A stretch of DNA of 64,000 bases from Tubiluchus corallicola (taxonomy: Eukaryota; Animalia; Priapulida). The notes beneath the pieces were generated by a model, which was given only the letters and a program-made list of their open reading frames with translations, was not told the origin of the DNA and searched no databases. Location of the stretch: contig JAQGDQ010000103.1 in the NCBI GenBank assembly GCA_030141605.1, positions 496,001-560,000 of the forward strand, in the 5' to 3' direction. A program made the translations under genes and the position numbers. This document shows, piece by piece, positions 53,160 to 64,000 of this stretch. Positions within the stretch are counted from its first letter, which is position 1; each line of letters opens with the position of its first letter.

Positions 53160-53830
53160 GCCTGTAACTTGTGTACCTATAACTTTGGTGCCTGTAACAT
53201 CGCCTGTGCTTGTGACCTCAGTGACAATAACCTCAGAGCTTCTGATTTTGATGTCTGTAACCTCCTGCCTGTAATCTCCATGCTTGTAACCTTAGTGGCT
53301 GTAATTACAGTGTCTGTAACCTCGGTATTTGTAACTTTGTGTCCATAACCTCGGTACTTTTAATTTTGTGTCCATAACCTCGGTACTTATAACTTTGTGT
53401 CCATAACTTCGGTACTTATAACTTTGTGTCCATAACCTCGGTGGTTGTAACTTGGTGTCCATAACCTCAGTGCTTGTAACTTTGTGTCCATAACCTCGGT
53501 GGTTGTAACTTTGTGTCCATAACCTCGGTGGTTGTAACTTGGTGTCCATAACCTCGGTGCTTGTAACTTTGTGTCCATAACCTCGGTGGTTGTAACTTTG
53601 TGTCCATAACCTCGGTGGTTGTAACTTGGTGTCCATAACCTCAGTGCTTGTAACTTTGTGTCCATAACCTCGGTGGTTGTAACTTGGTGTCCATAACCTC
53701 AGTGCTTGTAACTTGGTGTCCATAACCTCGGTGCTTGTAACTTTGGTGTCCATAATCTCGGTGCTTGTAACTTGGTGTCTATTATCTCGGTGGTTGTAAC
53801 TCGGTGCCTACAACATCGGTGCTTGTGATC
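53160..53830. repeat. 29-bp satellite array 1 (CCATAACCTCGGTG(G/C)TTGTAACTT(T/G)GTGT)
   Basis: Homogeneous core at 53310-53775; the 29-aa ORF periodicity equals 3 x 29 bp. Confidence 0.95.
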
Positions 53831-53984
53831 TTATTATTGCAACCTAGCACAATGCATTATTATGACTTTCTTTAAATTATCTACAGTATTAAACTGTAAT
53901 TAGAAAATTGTTCAATTGTAAGTTTACATTATACAGTAACACTGACTCTACGAAGTGGTTATGTGCAACAAACGAATCTTGAAT

Positions 53985-55015
53985 CTTGTAACTCGGTGTC
54001 TGTAACCTCGGTTCTTGTAACTTGGCGTGTACAACCTCGGTGCTTGTAACTCGGTGTCGTTGAGATACCTAAATGAGACGCAGTCTGTTTTGTAAATCCA
54101 CTATAAATAAATAAAGTTTAAACAAAACTAACTCGGTGCCTATGTCTCAGTGATTGTAACTAAGTACTTATAACCTCAGTATTTGTAACTTGCTGTTTAT
54201 AACCTCGGTGCTTGTAATTCGATACCTATAACCTCGGTGCTTGTAACTCAGTGCCTATAACTTCAGTGCTTGTAACTTGCTACCTATAAACTCTGTGCTT
54301 GTAATTCGATACCTATAACCTCGGTGCTTGTAACTCAGTGCCTATAACTTCAGTGCTTGTAACTTGCTACCCATAAACTCGGTGCTTGTAATTCGATACC
54401 TATAACCTCGGTGCTTGTAACTCAGTGCCTATAACTTCGGTGCTTGTAACTTGTTACCTATAACTTCGGTGCTTGTAACTTGTTACCTATAACCTCGGTG
54501 CTTGTAACTCAGCGCCTATAATCTCAGTGCTTGTAACTTGTTACCCATAAACTCGGTGCTTGTAATTCGATACCCATAACCTCGGTGCTTGTAACTCAGT
54601 GCCTATAATCTCAGTGCTTGTAACTTGTTACCCATAAACTCGGTGCTTGTAATTCAATACCTATAACCTCGGTGCTTGTAACTCAGTGCCTATAACTTCA
54701 GTGCTTGTAACTTGCTACCCATAAACTCGGTGCTTGTAATTCGATACCTATAACCTCGGTGCTTGTAACTCAGTGCCTATAACTTCAGTGCTTGTAACTT
54801 GTTACCCATAAACTCGGTTCTTGTAATTCGACACCTATAACCTCGGTGCTTGTAACTCAGTGCCTGTAATCTCAGTGCTTATACTTTGTAACTTGGTGCC
54901 TATAGACTCGTCGGTACCTATAACCTCAGTTGTTGTAACTCGGTGTCTAAACATTGGTGCTTGTAACTTGGTGACTATAACCTCGGTCTTTGTAACTTTG
55001 TGTCCATAACCTCCG
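53985..55015. repeat. 29-bp satellite array 2 with an 87-bp higher-order repeat
   Basis: AATTCGATACC-type marker at 54216, 54303, 54390, 54564, 54651, 54738 and 54825. Confidence 0.95.
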
Positions 55016-55428
55016 CACTTCTAGCTTTGTTGCTACCTCAATATTATCGTAAGCTCAATACATGGTGCCTGTAACGTCCATAAGTAAGAACAGGTATCAT
55101 CAGGTATGTAATCTCTCAATTATAAACAAACAAAATAAAAGGGAGCACCACGTTATAACTTCAAGTAAACATAAAAAGACAAAAAAGAGAAAAGGCACAA
55201 GTGATTATTAGAAGGATGTAATAGTGAAAAAGATGCATGCGCGTAGAAAAAACACACAAGCAGTTCCAAACGTTGCGTCCTATCTTTTTTCATTTTTTAA
55301 TCGTGGGACCACATTGGGACCACACTTGATCGAGACTTTCTGCTCGGCATGTAGATCGACGAGAAAAGAACAATCTTTGCATCTCTAGCCCCGGAGGTTA
55401 TATACAGATATATAAATATATTCGTAAA

Positions 55429-55440
55429 TGTGTGTGTGTG

Positions 55441-55491
<51 letters not shown>
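55429..55491. repeat. (TG)n-(TGCG)n microsatellite
   Basis: Seen directly. Confidence 0.95.
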
Positions 55492-56915
55492 TTTTAATGA
55501 ATTTGGGGGTAAATTAAGTTTGGACTCGAGCTGATATTAGCATTTTGGTGTCTTGAATATTTGAATGACTATATTGTACGTTTTCTGAATTTTTGCAGAG
55601 TAATATGTTTTTTAAATTTTGATTTCTATAAAATGTTATAAATAAAATGATTTACAATGATTATAATTAAAAAATTGTATTAACCGCAATGTCACGGGTT
55701 TACTAACTTACTTAACTTTTTAATGAATTTTCATTATCATACGACACTTTGGCCTAACGCTGTGAGCAATAGTCAAGCGGTCAAAAATCAAATTGTTTGT
55801 GATTTTACGATTTTATTCACGTATGCAGCATAAATACTGGTGACATGTAGCTAACGCGCTCACTTCAAGTAAGCAAGTGAGTAAATCACAACTTCCACGA
55901 ATTCAGGATCTTTAACAAATCTCTCGCGAATTTAAAATGTCACTAACATTGGGTGTTCACGTAGTAATTGCGGTAAGTAATTTGCATTATTCATTTATGA
56001 GATTATCATGTATTATTCGACTTTTCTAATTCAGGCGTGACAACGTGTGCTCTTAAATTATAAAAATTCAAAACACTTTTTAAAATTTAAAGCGAATGTT
56101 TTGACTACATGTGGAAATTTTCTGACCCTTTTTTCTTTTTAATATCGAACTTAAGAACGACTTATCGCTTAGCTGGTGCCTCAGTGCGCTATAAAATGTC
56201 ATCTAAACGCATTAACAAGTTTAATAAAATAACGTGCTACATGATACAGATGTTATAGTTTCTAACAGCATAGGAAGCAGCTGCTTTAGAGCAACACAAA
56301 ACGAAAAGGTATTCTCAATCTTTTGACATAGCTATTCTATATTAGACCTACATGAAGACAATGTTATAGACAAAGTATTTTTAGCAAAGCACATTTAGAT
56401 AATATAACCAGGGATCATTGCTTGAAGTTATAGACCACTCGCGGCCGACTTGACTATTTTAAAAACTTTTCTTCAAATAGAATAATTAAAATCTGGCATC
56501 AAGCTCCCGAGTCTGTCGGCTGTGCCCCCCCCCCGTCTGTGTTCAGACTAGCAAACTCTTTAGAAACCGTTTAGAATATGTAAATTTTATTAATCGTTTA
56601 TCTTTTAACAGCATGTGTAAGTAGCCTTGGCTCTTTGCGCTTTAAGCCGTAATCTTTTAACCAGCCTTTTTTATAGGTAAATTTTTTTTCCTTTCGGTAC
56701 ATACATTTTATCCTGCTTTCATATTTTATACTTTCTTGTAAATATTATTAATACTTTTTATAAAGATTACGCATTAAATATATATATATATATACATTAT
56801 GTATATACTTAATCAAAATTTCATTGTCTTACTTATTGGTGAAATAAAATCACTATTACTAAGTTTATAAATTAAACTTCACTGAAGGGAAAGAGTTGCG
56901 AAAAAAGTCCACTAT

Positions 56916-57030
56916 GAGCATTAGTATAGTAGTGACAGTGCTGGACTTCTAATCAAAAAGGCTACTGGTTCAAATCTAGACTCGGACTTTAGTTTTTCAC
57001 ATTTCCTTCCTCTCGGTCAAGCTTAGTTTC
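56916..57030 (+). mobile_element. tRNA-derived SINE head or tRNA pseudogene (Arg-TCT-like loop)
   Basis: A-box TAGTATAGTAGT, CTGGA CTTCTAA TCAAA, B-box GGTTCAAATCT; stems are disrupted, so not a functional tRNA. Confidence 0.5.
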
Positions 57031-57379
57031 AGAAGCTTAATAATTGTGAATGTAATCCATCACTGGTGGTCTTAGTTTTATAGCTTCTAAATCAGATTTT
57101 ATTTTAATTGAAAGGTTGCTCTTCTAATTTGTGTGAAAGAAGTCAGAACATCAAATGGCTATCGAACAACAAGCAGAGAAAGTAGGTGACTTAATTATTA
57201 ACCATATAACTCAATGGCCAGTCAAGGGTCAATCAATTTGTTCATTTATGCATTCAACATAATACAGTTAAAATCACTAATATTTATAGCATCGATCACT
57301 AACACTGTCAATGTTCATATTAAAAGCGCTATCGACTTGGAAATTAAATGAAATGGAGAAGCAACCGGATTTCTCTTTA

Positions 57380-57762
57380 TATAGGGTGGACGCAAAAAAA
57401 TTAAGCCGTATTTAAAATGCCATAGAAGTAAGAATTTTCATCCAATCTGATTATAAATTCTAAGCGTATAAACAGCGAGCATTTTGGGACTTACTCACTA
57501 ATTTTTGCCGAGAAAGTAATGTGCTTGATATTCGCATCAAGTCTATAAAAATGAAAAAAAACTGGAAATTACTTTCATGATACTGCCTTTATGGACATGT
57601 TAACTTTTTTATTCATTTTATTCATTTACTAACTTAAGAATTGGAGGATAAGTCTCTAAATATTTTCATTTTGTCCTGTTAGATTTATATACACATTGGA
57701 TAAAATTTCTTAGCTCTATGACATTTTTAAGAGTGGGCTACTTTTTTGGCTCCACCTTGCAT
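57380..57762. mobile_element. Tc1/mariner-type MITE with ~65-bp TIRs
   Basis: tatagggtggacgcaaaaaa..gccatagaagtaagaattttcatccaat pairs with attggataaaatttcttagctctatgac..ttttttggctccaccttgca. Confidence 0.75.
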
Positions 57763-57823
57763 ATTTCCATCTCCTAGTTTAACCCTGTTTAAATAATCTA
57801 ATAAATTATCTAGTTTAAGACTG

Positions 57824-58177
57824 TAAAGGGCATTTAACGTTTTATTATAGCTATTGTATTTATATGCATAGCATCATCATTTTCTTTGCTCTTAATATTT
57901 TACACAAGCGACATACATAACAATAAGTCATACTATTTCGATCTAAATTTATACTGCCAATTTTCAAAAGTGTTTGTAGGATACAATGTCTTTGTGAAAA
58001 CGATGATTAAGTAAAGTATTGTATCCTACATACGTTCTTGAAGATGTGTAAATATGCATCGAAATAGTATGACTGATTGCTATGTATGTCGCATGTGTAC
58101 AACAATTAACAGCAAAGAAAATAGTGATGCTACGCATTCAAATACAATAGCTAGAATATAACATTAAATACCCTTTA
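57824..58177. repeat. ~350-bp foldback palindrome (arms ~170 bp)
   Basis: Paired segments tagctattgtattt / aaatacaatagcta; gtcatactatttcgat / atcgaaatagtatgac; tgtaggatacaat / attgtatcctaca. Confidence 0.9.
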
Positions 58178-58199
58178 TGTTCGAAACGCGATTTTTTAT

Positions 58200-58237
58200 T
58201 ACAGGAGTTTTCGGCCTAACGGGCCTCATCCGCTGAA
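58200..58237 (-). ncRNA. minimal type I hammerhead ribozyme motif (core variant CGGATGA)
   Basis: TTCAG CGGATGA GGCC CGTTA GGCC GAAA AC TC CTGTA. Confidence 0.7.
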
Positions 58238-58270
58238 TAGAGTGAGAGTAAGGTTAGCAGCACATGTCCA

Positions 58271-58308
58271 TCCAGCTGATGAGGTCCGTTAGGGCAAAAG
58301 CTCCTGAA
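58271..58308 (+). ncRNA. minimal type I hammerhead ribozyme motif (GAAA->AAAA variant)
   Basis: TCCAG CTGATGA GGTC CGTTA GGGC AAAA GC TC CTGAA, followed by ATAAA. Confidence 0.7.
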
Positions 58309-59346
58309 ATAAATAATATGTTCTGAAACTATAAAGTGCATTGAACATTTTATTCATGTTAAATATGACAAGTTTCAGGAGAGCTATCTCATATTTTAAA
58401 ACAATAACTAGAACTTTTCCTCATAATTATATAAAGAATTTAATTTGCTTCGTAATTTTCTACTAACATTTTTTAAAGCAATATCAATGCCATTCCCAAG
58501 TTTTACCCTACTGTAGGGCGAGATAGACGGCAAGTCGAGATCTTTTTAGGCTTGCACAAGCATAAGTAAATTGTAAACTACGAATCCATAGCGGACTGTC
58601 GTCATTATAATTTCAGCAGAATGTACTTTGGCCAGAGTATTTTATTCTTGAAAAACAAGTGAACAGTCTCTTTTGAAGAGCATCGAGATGACAGACTCGG
58701 TAGGAGTCGCAGTGCATCTCCACTAAGTTAAACCAGAATTAATCAAACAGTCACTAAGATTAAAATGAGTAAACACAGACTGTATCTACACCCTTTAATG
58801 AATATTCTTTCGGTAAGCTTTTAATTGCGAGTAAAAATTGTTAAAAAAAATAAAATTTAATGTGGTCTAAAATTAGCCTCCATTACCTGTCACTTTGATC
58901 TGTAATTTGTGACTTTCTACGTCAAGCAAACTAATTCATTTCAATTCATTGCATTTTTATGATACGCTACAAGTTAGTGACATGCTTTGTACATTTTTAT
59001 TAAACATCAAAATTTCCAACACCAGTGCCTCCCAAAATGCAAAAGCCCTTTTAATGATACAACAGTTTAATTACAAGGCAAGAGTGCTCATTACAAGGCA
59101 CATTATACATATTTTTCATCAAAGCTTCAAGAATCATCAAACCGAAATGAATGCCTTCAGATTCTCATAACAATCGCTGTTTGACAAGTGTCAACAGCGG
59201 CAACACGACCACTACCAACGACGATGACGATAGTATTAACAACAACAACAAGGTCTTATGACACTCATAATTAGTCCAAGTTATTATGATAGTATCCAAG
59301 ATGTCGTTTATGGGCGGAAAAGTGAAACCATTTTGGTTTATTGCAG

Positions 59347-59500
59347 AGAAAGCTGTGCCTTGTAACCGCCTCAATACAGACATTGTTGACCTGGTGACGT
59401 TAAGAGAAAAAGAAAATGAAAACTCAACTAACAAAGACAGGGTGCTGCTTCCGAGAAGTGACGTCAAAGAGGGAATCTATCCAGAATTTACTGTATGCTG
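59347..59500 (+). CDS. pentraxin/LamG-like protein, exon a
   Basis: ttgcag|..YPEFTVCW|gtaagt; FTVCxW is the pentraxin N-terminal motif; upstream exons not resolved. Confidence 0.75.
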
Positions 59501-59964
59501 GTAAGTCTGTATTTTAACGAGAGGACCAAATAGTTTAACATTTATTACTACACTGTGAGCTTGACCAAGAAAAGAGACCAAACTTCCGAAAAGAATTAGC
59601 AGATGGCACTATTTCAGATAAACCTACATACTCAGAAGGCTATCCTTAATTATTTGACGCTTTTGTAAAATATTGTAAATGAATTTTTTGTTTTTAACGT
59701 ATGTTGTAATGTTTAAATGTTTAAATGATCTGCAAAATTTAGTTCATGTTACTGGTGCAAAGTAATTTTCGATGATATAGCTCCTATACAAAAAAGGCCT
59801 AGGTGTGCTCAGTATTTCAAAGTGTTAGTTCAGACGCACGCCAAACTAACTACTATTTTCTCTTGGTTTACCTAAAATCGGTTCTTAAGCTGGATAAGTG
59901 TTAGTTTTTATTTAATTAATATTTCATTAGTTGTTTCTGTGTTGCCATCTGTATTGTTTTGCAG

Positions 59965-60114
59965 GTGGACGAAAGGGCATGGCACGTCGTTTTATATGCA
60001 CAGTCAGAGATACCCGCACATACCTGAGGACTTTTTAAATGAAATTGTAGAAGTATTTATTTCCCTGGAAGATGACGGGGGTGTGAAGTACACACATGGA
60101 AATGAAACATTTGA
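59965..60114 (+). CDS. pentraxin/LamG-like protein, exon b
   Basis: ttgcag|WTKGHGTSFYMHS..NEIVEVFISL..|gtaagc; phases 2/2; open frame. Confidence 0.75.
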
Positions 60115-60284
60115 GTAAGCGTGTACCTGCGTTACACAACATTAGTACTGTTATAATAATATAATTCAGAACACAAGTTCATGTAACAAAGTTTTACACC
60201 GATCAGCAATCGTCATCATGTAACTTGGCTATTTCAGTTTAACTCATAACTTTACATCACAACTTTAAACCAAGGTGGCGTTTG

Positions 60285-60432
<148 letters not shown>

Positions 60433-60499
60433 CCCATGAGTTACATGAATTCGTGTTCTTCACTCATGGTGTTTTTGCTGGAGACTCTGCATAAACTGC

Positions 60500-61300
60500 G
60501 ACAAAAATAAAACGGGGGCAATAATTTACAAAAATGTGCCTCACCTTATAACAGAACCACACCCAAATGATTTACAATATGGCAAAAAGAAAATTTACAC
60601 AAATGAATCCAACTTTTCGGTCAGGCGGTTAGAGCGGTCAGGAAGAAAGCTCGGTTCAAATGGCTAGACATAAAGAAATTATGATTCCCCCTTTGGGTAT
60701 TTTGTTCCCACTCATTGCTTGCAAATTCATTTAAAGTCACTGTCCCGATCAGGTGAAGGCTTGGTTAAAGACAATATTTTATCAATAGAGCGGGAACTAA
60801 ATAACAGTGTTTTTCATAAGCACTTTTTAGCAAGTCACTTAATAACAACTAAATCTTTTCTGAGAACTTTAAAAAACATAGTAAGAAATGAAAACGTATG
60901 CGATGTGTTGAACGTAATGCTGAAAGTGCTAATCTATGCAGGACAGATCTCGATAAATTGATATATGCCGTCTGGAACCGCAGAATACGGTTCAGAGGCT
61001 TTTTTAACGGAAGGAATACAGAAAATGCTATGCCTTCTCTCACAGCCCTGCGTCTGCCAACTGGTAGATATAGAATAGAAGGCTTAGAATCTCTTGCGCT
61101 CAACCTTTTACTTGGCAGAGGTTGTAACTCCTTCTTATATACAGTTGATCTAGCCGATAGAAATTCCTGTAAAGGCCTTGCAGATATACAAACGCCGGAG
61201 CGCTTAGTATTTGACTGCTTTTTGATATTTAACAACGCTAAATCTTCTATGCAAAACGTTTTACCTTCACTAAATTTAGAACACTTGTATATTTTCCGGC
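60500..61300 (-). mobile_element. possible decayed Crypton/DUF3504-type coding relic in an intron
   Basis: EDLALL..KQSNTKRS..LQEFL..ELQPLP..L..LKKPLNRIL loosely resembles the Crypton/ZMYM N-terminal region; no catalytic motifs verified. Confidence 0.3.
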
Positions 61301-61646
61301 ATGTATCTGCATGTGCAGCCTTCATTGATATTGTTCGCGAAGTTTTAGTTAAGAAAATAGTAACGTACATGTAGCTATCTTTGCATTAGTTTGCCAGATA
61401 ATAATCTTAAAAATTCATAGCACATTTATTAATCTATTCATTGTATATTAATTCTGTGTTATATATATATATATATATATATTTATTTATTTATTTATAT
61501 ATTTATTTATGTATATATATGTACGTGTATCTGCAGTGACCTTCAATATGTAGTGCATTTTTTTGGATTGTACATTCTTACCCTGCAAATGGAGGGATTT
61601 GTATTTATTTTATTTTTTGAAATAAATGAGATTTAATAATAATAAT

Positions 61647-61648
<2 letters not shown>

Positions 61649-61719
<71 letters not shown>
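61649..61719. repeat. (CT)n microsatellite
   Basis: Seen directly, just upstream of an acceptor. Confidence 0.95.
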
Positions 61720-61749
61720 TACCTAAACATTAATGTTCTCCCATTTTAG

Positions 61750-61867
61750 ATGTCACTTGATACTTCCAAGTCAAACGATAGATCTAACGAAGAAATGGAC
61801 TTATGTATGTACAGTAATTGATGTAAATAATAATCAAATGACAGCTCATTGGAATGGCGGGTCAGAG
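61750..61867 (+). CDS. pentraxin/LamG-like protein, exon c
   Basis: ttttag|CHLI..KKWTYVCTVID..MTAHWNG|gtattt, matching pentraxin WxHxCxxW..NG; phases 2/0. Confidence 0.75.
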
Positions 61868-61959
61868 GTATTTTTTTACTTTCTAGCACCTGTTCTTTAC
61901 TGGAGGGTCAGCTAATTTACTTATACTGACCACAAAGTATCAACGTTATGTATAAACTG

Positions 61960-62120
61960 ACGACAACAGGAACATCGACATTGACAATGACAATAACATT
62001 AACAACCATAATAGCAATGGTGATGACATCGACAATGACAACGACTCTGATTACGACAACAACAGCAACAACGACAACAAAAATCGTAACGCCAGAAGTG
62101 ATGACAACAACAATAAAGAT
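61960..62120. repeat. degenerate (ACA/ACG/ATG)n trinucleotide tract in an intron
   Basis: Seen directly. Confidence 0.8.
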
Positions 62121-62253
62121 TACAAGACAAAAATAGGTGCCACGTTTTTGACATATTATCGTCAATAAGAAAATCATTTGGAAGACAAGACAGCTTATAA
62201 TCCAAAATTTATCTCCTAACACAAGCTGATAAACGCTTTAATAATGTTTACAG

Positions 62254-62526
62254 GCAGGTGGTGAAACAGCAACAATAACTCTACCAAGCGACGTAGATGC
62301 AGCTCAGTTCTTGTTTGACAGCAATGAGGAATTTGTGGGAGATTTATTCTACTCAAATAACGAGAACGCAGTGTTTCGTGATCTGAACGTTTGGAGCACG
62401 GCGCTGTCAGCGAAACAAGTGGCCAAGCTGTCGAAGTCCTGCATAAACTGTGGCGACGTCTATTGTTGGAAAGACTACCGAGCTGAAAATATTATTGGGC
62501 AGGTAAAGTTCTTTCAGATAAAGTGA
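62254..62526 (+). CDS. pentraxin/LamG-like protein, exon d (probably terminal)
   Basis: tttacag|AGG..FRDLNVWSTALSAKQVAKLSKSC..GDVYCW..IIGQV, the pentraxin C-terminal pattern; stop at 62524-62526, with an alternative donor at 62503. Confidence 0.8.
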   Translation, partial: AGGETATITLPSDVDAAQFLFDSNEEFVGDLFYSNNENAVFRDLNVWSTALSAKQVAKLSKSCINCGDVYCWKDYRAENIIGQVKFFQIK

Positions 62527-63956
62527 TATTAAATCGATAGATAATGTACATAATGTATTACAATGTCCAGATAAATGTACAAGCGCCAAATGTTTGGAAA
62601 CAACATTCTGACAGACAGATTTAAACATCTGTATTTCAAATCATACATTTCGACTGGCGGATAAGTAACTCTGAAATGTTAAGAAGTTAAGAAATGTTGC
62701 CTATATAGCCAATGCAGTTGCCAACTTCTCTTTAAACACTAATCCACTGGGTATCGTTGATAATGTGTTTATTATGTGATACCTTTGAATTTAAAATATC
62801 CTTCAAGTCGTAAAATCACTACCCGAATAACACAAAACGCGGGTTCTAACTAATCTACTGCTACAGTGACCTACTTTACAGATGATGATGTAGACGCCAA
62901 CAGATGGCACTACATGGTAAGACTAAAGGTCCACTGACACCCTGGTTGCTGTTAAAACTCACTACTGATTAGCGTGATACAAAAAAGCGCCGCACAGTCA
63001 GCTTGCGAAAAACGAAAAATCGGGGAAGAAAGAAGGAAGTCCATACTCACTTGAATGCACTATATTTTATAGACGAAAAAATATTAATAACGAAGTACAA
63101 AGTGTAAAAGTTTTAATGTGACATGACTGGTATTTTGCACTGGGCTACTTTCTTGTTCATTTATTGATCATTTCTGCTTTATAAATGTCTCACTGCCAAG
63201 CTATCTTTTCCCCCATCACGTTCAGACAATGCTTTTGACAACGAGTGACCGATCATTTCTACGTTTTTCAGCGTACAAAATTGTAAAATAATAGTGGATT
63301 CTTAGGTACGATCGACGAGAAACGAACTAGACAGTAAGGCAGTAATGACAGGTTCTGTTTTCCTGGGCTTTACTGGCGTTTTGTGCCTGTGCAGACCAGG
63401 TATACTGTGCAAAGTTTCTTCATAAGAAAAAGAAAACGGAAAACCAGGAAAAAATGCCTTCCAGACAACATTTTTTAACTCATAGAAAGACATTTCTTAG
63501 ACACATTTTAACTACATTTTTAGACCCTTGGGAAACCTTTGTGGCATTTTTTCGAAAGCTTTAAATATTTGAGTCAAAAATATTCTCATAGTCTACAGTT
63601 TGACTGCTGATTGACGTGTATGTAAGTTTTATGTAATCGAGCACCTTTATTCTACGTGCAGCTGCCCAAACTTTATCTGGCAGGATAAATGGGCGATTTT
63701 ATTTGTGGCAAAAGGAAAAGATGTCCTATCCTCACTGCGGTCGCGTTTTTGTGCGCTTTTTACGTTGAAATAACGGTAAAGATTCGGGAGAAATATTTCA
63801 AAATTTAAAGAAAGGGAAGTTACCATTAAAATTGATAGTTTCCGTTAAATTGGTGGATTGAAAGGTCTTAATGCTAACGTAGTCTAAATATAATTTTCAT
63901 GAAATTTAGTTACAAAGGTTAATTATTACCATAATGACTGTGCATCTAACCCAAAA

Positions 63957-64000
63957 TACAGCAGGCGCCGCTTAATAGACTCACTTTGGGACCGAGGTGT
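63957..64000 (+). mobile_element. left end of a pogo/Tc1-like DNA transposon, cut by the window edge
   Basis: TA|CAGCAGGCGCCGCTTAAT terminus. Confidence 0.4.

Noticed and set aside
53292-53753. 153-aa and 92-aa repetitive ORFs; CRISPR-like appearance
   Set aside because: Translation of a 29-bp satellite; no unique spacers, no cas genes, eukaryotic context
56916-56987. Functional tRNA-Arg gene
   Set aside because: Acceptor and anticodon stems do not pair; treated as a SINE head or pseudogene
58767-58812. Candidate first exon MSKHRLYLHPLMNILS|gtaagc for the pentraxin gene
   Set aside because: Phase 0 does not match the phase-1 exon at 59347, and it is not signal-peptide-like
62882-62916. Candidate extra exon (ttacag...gtaaga) for the pentraxin gene
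   Set aside because: In the required phase 0 it reads MMM-stop; unsupported without transcripts

Overview
This is AT-rich, intron-containing animal (invertebrate-like) nuclear DNA, not prokaryotic: I found no operons, CRISPR arrays or intact rRNA/tRNA genes. Genes I can support: (1) an intronless GT31 (beta-1,3-galactosyltransferase-like) gene broken by one in-frame TGA; (2) two copies of an intronless, motif-degenerate class A GPCR inside a ~2.5-kb direct segmental duplication; (3) a minus-strand gene of at least 8 exons (41889->26195, ~2200 aa by manual splicing) in which one 5.5-kb exon with a Cys-free N/V/G/Y/P repeat array is fused to a cuticlin-like ZP domain, furin site and TM anchor; (4) a plus-strand 4-exon pentraxin/LamG-like fragment (59347-62526). 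The rest is repeat-rich: a CR1/L2 LINE RT relic with a solo LTR inserted in its catalytic motif, mariner, Harbinger and Kolobok-like derivatives, tRNA- and 5S-derived SINE-like heads, foldbacks, a 29-bp satellite with an 87-bp higher-order repeat, and microsatellites. The most notable items are the giant repeat-ZP protein and inverted pairs of minimal hammerhead-ribozyme motifs resembling Penelope-type pLTRs or retrozymes. All calls come from manual reading; no database searches were run.
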